From: Phycisphaerae bacterium
GTDB lineage: Bacteria; Planctomycetota; Phycisphaerae; WQYP01
Reading direction: 5' to 3'
NCBI GenBank assembly: GCA_035545015.1
Contig: DASZZD010000059.1
Location: 58,864-122,863 of the forward strand
Length of the DNA stretch: 64,000 nt
Position numbers and translations under genes: made by a program
Part shown: piece by piece, positions 59,818-64,000 of the stretch
How positions within the stretch are numbered: the stretch's first letter is position 1
Layout of the letters: every line of letters starts with the position of its first letter
Notes under the pieces: generated by a model
Told to the model about the DNA's origin: nothing
The model's input: the letters and a program-made list of their open reading frames with translations, nothing else
Databases searched by the model: none

Positions 59818-60096
59818 TTGGTGCGTCACTGCCCACGGGTTACAATCGCTGGCGTGACACTTGCGATCAAACAAAACGTGACCATTCAACCGGGTGGTGT
59901 CGTTCATCTGGCATCACCGGAGCTTCGGGAGGGGGCGCAGGCGGAGGTTATCGTGCTGGTCACCGATGCGGCCGACGCGGGGAGTCGGCTTGATGCGTTC
60001 CGTGCGTTGCAGGAAAGCCTGGATCTTACGCCGGCCGGCGCCGAGAAGTGGGCCGCCGATGCCGCGGCTGAGCGACAAGCGTTCGGCGCGCAATGA
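59818..60096 (+). CDS. vapB: AbrB/MazE-fold VapB-like antitoxin
   Basis: TLAIKQNVTIQPGGVVHLASPELREGAQAEVIVLV swapped-hairpin pattern; alternative GTG start at 59854; GC3 ~70 %. Confidence 0.5.
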   Translation: MVRHCPRVTIAGVTLAIKQNVTIQPGGVVHLASPELREGAQAEVIVLVTDAADAGSRLDAFRALQESLDLTPAGAEKWAADAAAERQAFGAQ

Positions 60097-60360
60097 TCCA
60101 TCTCGACACCAATTTTCTGATTGCAAGCTTGCTCCCCCGGAACATCGGAAAACCAGCGACTTTCGCAATGGCTTGCCTCCGGGCAGGCCGTAGGTCTGGA
60201 TGTGATCGTCTGGGCAGAATTTCTGTGCGGTCCGGTGGTACCGCAGCAAGCTGCGCTGGCGGCGGGCGCAATCGCGGTCACGTCCAGCGAAAACCTTGTG
60301 AATGACAAGGTCCTCGGCGGAGCACGTCGTGATGCCAACGCTTGGCGCCATTTCCCATAG
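60093..60360 (+). pseudogene. vapC: vapC-like PIN-domain toxin remnant (frameshifted and truncated)
   Basis: MIHLDTNFLIASLLP in frame 0, then in frame +1 ...LSQWLASGQAVGLDVIVWAEFLCGPVVPQQAALAAGAIAVTSS; ATGA overlap with vapB; the C-terminal PIN acidic residues are missing. Confidence 0.4.
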
Positions 60361-60645
60361 CGTGGCACGATCTACGGTTTGCTCTTCAAAGGGAAACGCA
60401 CCGAGCGCCATGTCGATGTCGATGCCGGCGCTGCTTCTGACAAGCAACACGCGGTGTTCCAGGGCAAATTTTCGCGCGTCGCGCAACCGTCCCGGGAAAT
60501 GCTCCAGGACCGGATCCACGTAAGCGGCTTCTGCCCCGAGCCCCGTCAGCAGCGTCAGGTCGACATCCTGCGTGTACGCGGCATTCCCCAGCGTTGCACG
60601 GCCAAACCGCCGATGAAACAGAATCGCCAGCTTCGCTGCCGGCAA
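60270..60645 (-). CDS. Nucleotidyltransferase-like fragment (possible TA/Abi-type NTase), C-terminally degenerate
   Basis: MPAAKLAILFHRRFG...HRVLLVRSSAGIDIDMALGAFPFEE...EDLVIHKVFAGRDRD, then junk composition; overlaps the antisense of the vapC remnant. Confidence 0.3.
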
Positions 60646-60691
60646 AACGCTTCCACTTCCACGGCCGCTGCCAGAACCCCCGAAAGTTCAC

Positions 60692-60910
60692 TCACGACTT
60701 TCTCGGACGCATGAAGAGGGCTTGCTGTTCCACCAGGCCGGACCAGTTTGGCCGGTCGCGCCATGCATTTTGTATCGTTCCCAGCGAGTGCAGTTTGCGA
60801 AGGGCTTCCTCGTCGGTCATCGCGGCGGCTTCCTGGACGCGGATGCGCTCCAAGGCTTCCGCGGCTTCGAGGTATTTCCTGGTCGGGAATTCCGTGGGTG
60901 GATGCTTCAT
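60692..60910 (-). CDS. Hypothetical small protein
   Basis: 72 aa from Met 60910 (MKHPPTEFPTRKYLEAAEALERIRVQEAAAMTDEEALRKLHSLG...); GC3 ~73 %. Confidence 0.35.
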   Translation of the reverse strand: MKHPPTEFPTRKYLEAAEALERIRVQEAAAMTDEEALRKLHSLGTIQNAWRDRPNWSGLVEQQALFMRPRKS

Positions 60911-60914
60911 GCGT

Positions 60915-61373
60915 TTAGTATACCGCGCGGGAACGGGCATTCTCTCCCCGCTCCGCCCATGGTCGCCGGCACCAGTGCCACACCCCCAGTTCTCCCGCGA
61001 GCACTGCGGCCAGGACCACTCCGGTGACGATTCCGCCCAGCATCCACTGCGCTTCCGATGCGGTGATGGCTCCGCCCAGTGCCAGGTCCCCGAGCCCCGG
61101 TCCGGCGGCGAGGGTTCCCTCGAACCCAGCGGCCGCGGTTCCCAGCAGGACAAATGTCCACCAGCGCGGCAGAAAACGCGTCACGTGAAACGCTCCCACC
61201 ATCATCACCAACATGCCCAGCAGCTCCCGGCCGTCATATCCGCGCTGCAACGGCGCGGTACCACTTCCCGCTACCGCCATCGTGAGCAGCATCAATATCC
61301 CGTAGACCAGCATCAATGCCACGCCCGCCACGATCCGCGGCAGCGGCCTGTCTAGCATGCGTTGGGCAGCCAT
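60915..61373 (-). CDS. Hypothetical 4-TM membrane protein
   Basis: 152 aa with four hydrophobic helices; GC3 ~75 %. Confidence 0.4.
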   Translation of the reverse strand: MAAQRMLDRPLPRIVAGVALMLVYGILMLLTMAVAGSGTAPLQRGYDGRELLGMLVMMVGAFHVTRFLPRWWTFVLLGTAAAGFEGTLAAGPGLGDLALGGAITASEAQWMLGGIVTGVVLAAVLAGELGVWHWCRRPWAERGENARSRAVY

Positions 61374-61520
61374 GGGCGGCTTCCTTCAACCGTACTTTCC
61401 ATCCCTCCTACGGCTGCGGGGGCCTCCAGGTTCGGATGCTTCTCGGTGCTGGCGGGCCAAGGTGATCGCATCTGAAGGGTTCAGATTGTGCCTATCCGGT
61501 TTGATCGACGACCTTTAGTG

Positions 61521-61560
61521 CTGCGGGGCTATCCCCGGCAAGCCGGGGGCTATATGGGAT
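61521..61560. repeat. ~40-bp hairpin repeat, inverted copy of 52109-52150
   Basis: ctgcggggctatccccggcaagccgggggctatatgggat. Confidence 0.6.
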
Positions 61561-61566
61561 TGAAAA

Positions 61567-62430
61567 TCAACCTTCGCCCGCACTTGGCTGGCCTTTGCCG
61601 TCGTCGGCGTCGTAGGCGCCGGCCTGTTCGGTGCCTTTGAGGTCGAGGCGTTCGACGCTGAGGGCGTGGCCGCCGATGTCGTCGATGGAGGCGAGGATGC
61701 CGCACATGCGGGGGTCGCCGGTGGCGACTTCGAAGAACTGGGGCATGCCGGTGGTCATGAATTTGAGGATGCGTTCCTTGCGGCGGCCGAGGATGCTGTC
61801 ATAGGGGCCGCACATGCCGAGGTCGGTGACGAGGGCGGTGGTGGCGCCGTTGTCGCCGCGGACGATGCGGGCGTCGGCGGTGGGGACGTGAACGTGGGTG
61901 CCGAAGCAGACGGAGACGCGGCCGGCGACGTACCACCCCATGGCGACTTTTTCGCTGCTAACCTCGGCGTGGAAATCGAGGACTTTGATCTTCACCTCTG
62001 GCGGGATTTTGGCGAGAAGGGCGTCGACGGTGCGGAAGGGATCGTCCATCGGGGGCTGCATGTGAAGGCGGCCCATGACGCTCATGACGGCGACCTTTGT
62101 GCCGTTTTTGGCGGCGACGATGGTAAGGCCCTTGCCGACGGCGGTGGGGGGGAAGTTGCCGGGGCGGACGAGGCGGTCGCTGGTTTCGAGGAGGGGGAGG
62201 ACCTCGCGTTTGCGGTAGGTGTGGTCGCCGAGGGTGCAGCAATCGACGCCGGTGCGGAGGATTTTTTCGAAGAGGAGGGGGGTAAGCCCGCTGCCTCCGG
62301 CGGCATTTTCGGCATTGGCGACGACGAAGTCGATGCCGCGTTCGGTGATGATTTTGGGGAGGAGTTCGGCGACGACCAGTCGGCCGGGCTTTCCGACGAT
62401 GTCCCCGATGCAGAGGATTTTGATGGACAT
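61567..62430 (-). CDS. ymdB: YmdB-family metallophosphoesterase (2',3'-cyclic-nucleotide phosphodiesterase)
   Basis: MSIKILCIGDIVGKPGR...VVANAENAAGGSG...GDHTYRKRE, characteristic of TIGR00282. Confidence 0.85.
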   Translation of the reverse strand: MSIKILCIGDIVGKPGRLVVAELLPKIITERGIDFVVANAENAAGGSGLTPLLFEKILRTGVDCCTLGDHTYRKREVLPLLETSDRLVRPGNFPPTAVGKGLTIVAAKNGTKVAVMSVMGRLHMQPPMDDPFRTVDALLAKIPPEVKIKVLDFHAEVSSEKVAMGWYVAGRVSVCFGTHVHVPTADARIVRGDNGATTALVTDLGMCGPYDSILGRRKERILKFMTTGMPQFFEVATGDPRMCGILASIDDIGGHALSVERLDLKGTEQAGAYDADDGKGQPSAGEG

Positions 62431-62596
62431 GGGAGCACTGTACCGGCGCGCTGCCGGGCCGCCAAACGGCGGGGGTGGGAGCTTAAGTTTCGTCCGTGCG
62501 GAGAGGACGGGACATTCGTCTTGAAGGCTCCAGACTCAAGCACGAAGAGATAAAGGGATGAAGGGCACGAAGGCGCTGGGGAGAATCGGAAAAAGA

Positions 62597-62645
62597 ACGC
62601 CCCGCACATGCCTGCGAGCAGTGTGCGGGGCGTAGCCAGTTGTAA
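62597..62645 (-). terminator. Rho-independent terminator read on the minus strand
   Basis: Minus strand ACGCCCCGCACA-ctgctcgcaggca-TGTGCGGGGCGT followed by TCTTTTTCC; lies at the end of an ORF-free low-GC region. Confidence 0.55.
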
Positions 62646-63117
62646 CGTTGGATGGGGGCTGGGGTCTGGGTTGTGAGCTCAGAAATTTTTAAAAAATCGC
62701 GTTGGCGTAAAGTATGAGATTGGCGGGAATGTCCGCCAAAGTGTCCGAAGACCCACATTATGTCGGTGTTAAGATGCCGCACACATGGGCGTTCGGTGTC
62801 AAAACAACAGGTAAAGACCCCTAAGTACGTTTCCTATCTTCACAAGTAAGGGCTTTACGAGCCTTTACGGACGTTATACACAGGTTATCCGCAAGAGATG
62901 TGCCAATCTCCTACCGAACACAGGGGGATACAGGGGAGTCACAAGTCGGTTTGTTGGCTGTAGTTAGGGGTGGTGAGAACGTGTTGCAACGAGGACTGGC
63001 GGGGGTGGCGGGGGGGAGCGGATGACTTTTCCCCAGAGATGCGGAAAGAGGGACGGGCAAGGAACGTTCGGCGCATGGGCGGGCGCGGGGCGGGAAAGCG
63101 GATAGAATGGTGTTCTT

Positions 63118-64000
63118 ATGACCGCTGATGCCCCATCGTCTGAGTCCGCCTTTCCGGAGCCGGCGCCTGTGGAGGGCGCGGGGGAAGCCTTGCCGGTGGG
63201 GGCGGAGGAATCGGCGGGCGGCACGGAAGAGGCACCGCTGCGGCCGGACCCGGCGCAGATTCACCAGTTGCGCTTTGCGCTCAAGCACGATTTGCAGAAA
63301 CGGATCGATGTGTATTTGCGCGATCGGCTGCCGGCGTATTCGCGGGCGATGATCCAGAAGCTGATTCGGACGGGGGCGGTGATTGTGAACGGGCGGGCGG
63401 CGAAGAGTTCGACGGTGTTGCGGAACGGGGACACGCTGGAGGTGCTGCTGCCCAAGGCGCGGCCGGACCGGCTGTTTCCGGAAGACATCCCGCTCAACAT
63501 TGTGTATGAAGACGACCAGCTCATCGCACTCAACAAGCAGGCGAATCTGATCGTGCATCCGGCGCGGGGCCATTGGTCGGGGACGCTGATCAACGCGCTG
63601 CTGCATCATGCGCAGCAGACGCACTCGACGCTTTCGAGCGGATCGGATCCGTGGCGGCCGGGGATCATTCATCGGCTGGACCGGGACACGACGGGGCTGA
63701 TTCTGATCGCCAAGACGGACGAGGCGCACTGGCGGCTGGCGGGGCAGTTCGAGCGGCGGACGATCAAGAAGACGTACCTGGCGATCGTGCATGGGAACGT
63801 GGAGCTGGATTCGGATCTGATCGATGCGCCGCTGGCGGTGCATGCGAAAACGCGCGAGAAATATGGGGTGCGGCCGGACATCGGCAAAGCGGCGCAGACG
63901 GTGTACACGGTGCGGGAGCGGTTCCAGATTTCGAGCCATGCGCATTACACGCTGGTGGAGCTGGCGCCCAGGACGGGGCGGACGCACCAGTTGCGGGTGC
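63118..64000 (+). CDS. rluD: RluA-family pseudouridine synthase with S4 domain (RluD-like), 3' end beyond window
   Basis: S4 domain (RIDVYLRDRLPAYSRAMIQKLIRTGAVIVNG) and catalytic HRLDRDTTGLILIAKT; no stop before the window end. Confidence 0.8.
   Translation, partial: MTADAPSSESAFPEPAPVEGAGEALPVGAEESAGGTEEAPLRPDPAQIHQLRFALKHDLQKRIDVYLRDRLPAYSRAMIQKLIRTGAVIVNGRAAKSSTVLRNGDTLEVLLPKARPDRLFPEDIPLNIVYEDDQLIALNKQANLIVHPARGHWSGTLINALLHHAQQTHSTLSSGSDPWRPGIIHRLDRDTTGLILIAKTDEAHWRLAGQFERRTIKKTYLAIVHGNVELDSDLIDAPLAVHAKTREKYGVRPDIGKAAQTVYTVRERFQISSHAHYTLVELAPRTGRTHQLRV

Noticed and set aside
59914-60645. Full-length 243-aa minus-strand ORF
   Set aside because: Only the N-terminal ~125 aa look protein-like (NTase-like); the remainder is R/S/L-rich antisense of vapB. 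Kept only as a low-confidence fragment
62911-63987. 358-aa Arg/Pro-rich minus-strand ORF
   Set aside because: Antisense to the rluD-like gene

Overview
High-GC (~65-68 %) chromosomal window, probably from a Verrucomicrobiota or Planctomycetota-type genome; PEP-CTERM and DUF1559/H-X9-DG proteins and an ACIII+caa3 operon support that guess. Gene calls come from reading the six-frame track; many GC-rich shadow ORFs were discarded. From left to right the window contains a partial clpX and an unusual ECF sigma factor fused to a TM segment, a periplasmic region and a TlpA-like thioredoxin domain. Next comes a ketosynthase/chain-length-factor (KS/CLF) pair that sits directly after a cyclophilin gene. 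A LolA-like protein, an MMPL exporter (the MMPL carries a C-terminal C45/Ntn-hydrolase + TPR extension), a lipoprotein and a PaaK-type ligase follow; together with the KS pair these resemble fragments of an aryl-polyene-like lipid synthesis/export system. Further along are a TonB-dependent receptor-TonB-ExbBD uptake locus and a lactate/2-hydroxyacid cluster (PoxB-like, LarA-like, YdiJ-like FAD/Fe-S oxidoreductase, CDF transporter). A complete alternative complex III (actABCDEF plus a small ActG-like gene) is fused to sco1-coxBACD; its cistron junctions carry AT-rich CCAATTA heptamer arrays. Upstream of the downstream FNT-family transporter gene there is a 147-bp periodic YTCGTG repeat array. 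The right third is a lower-GC accessory stretch with an IS3 orfA remnant, a TlpA-like gene, an orphan AddB-like nuclease, degraded hicA/vapC toxins next to intact-looking antitoxins, and palindromic repeats that may bound an island. The window ends with ymdB, an ORF-free low-GC region carrying a minus-strand terminator (candidate sRNA), and a partial rluD-like gene. No rRNA, tRNA or CRISPR was recognised.
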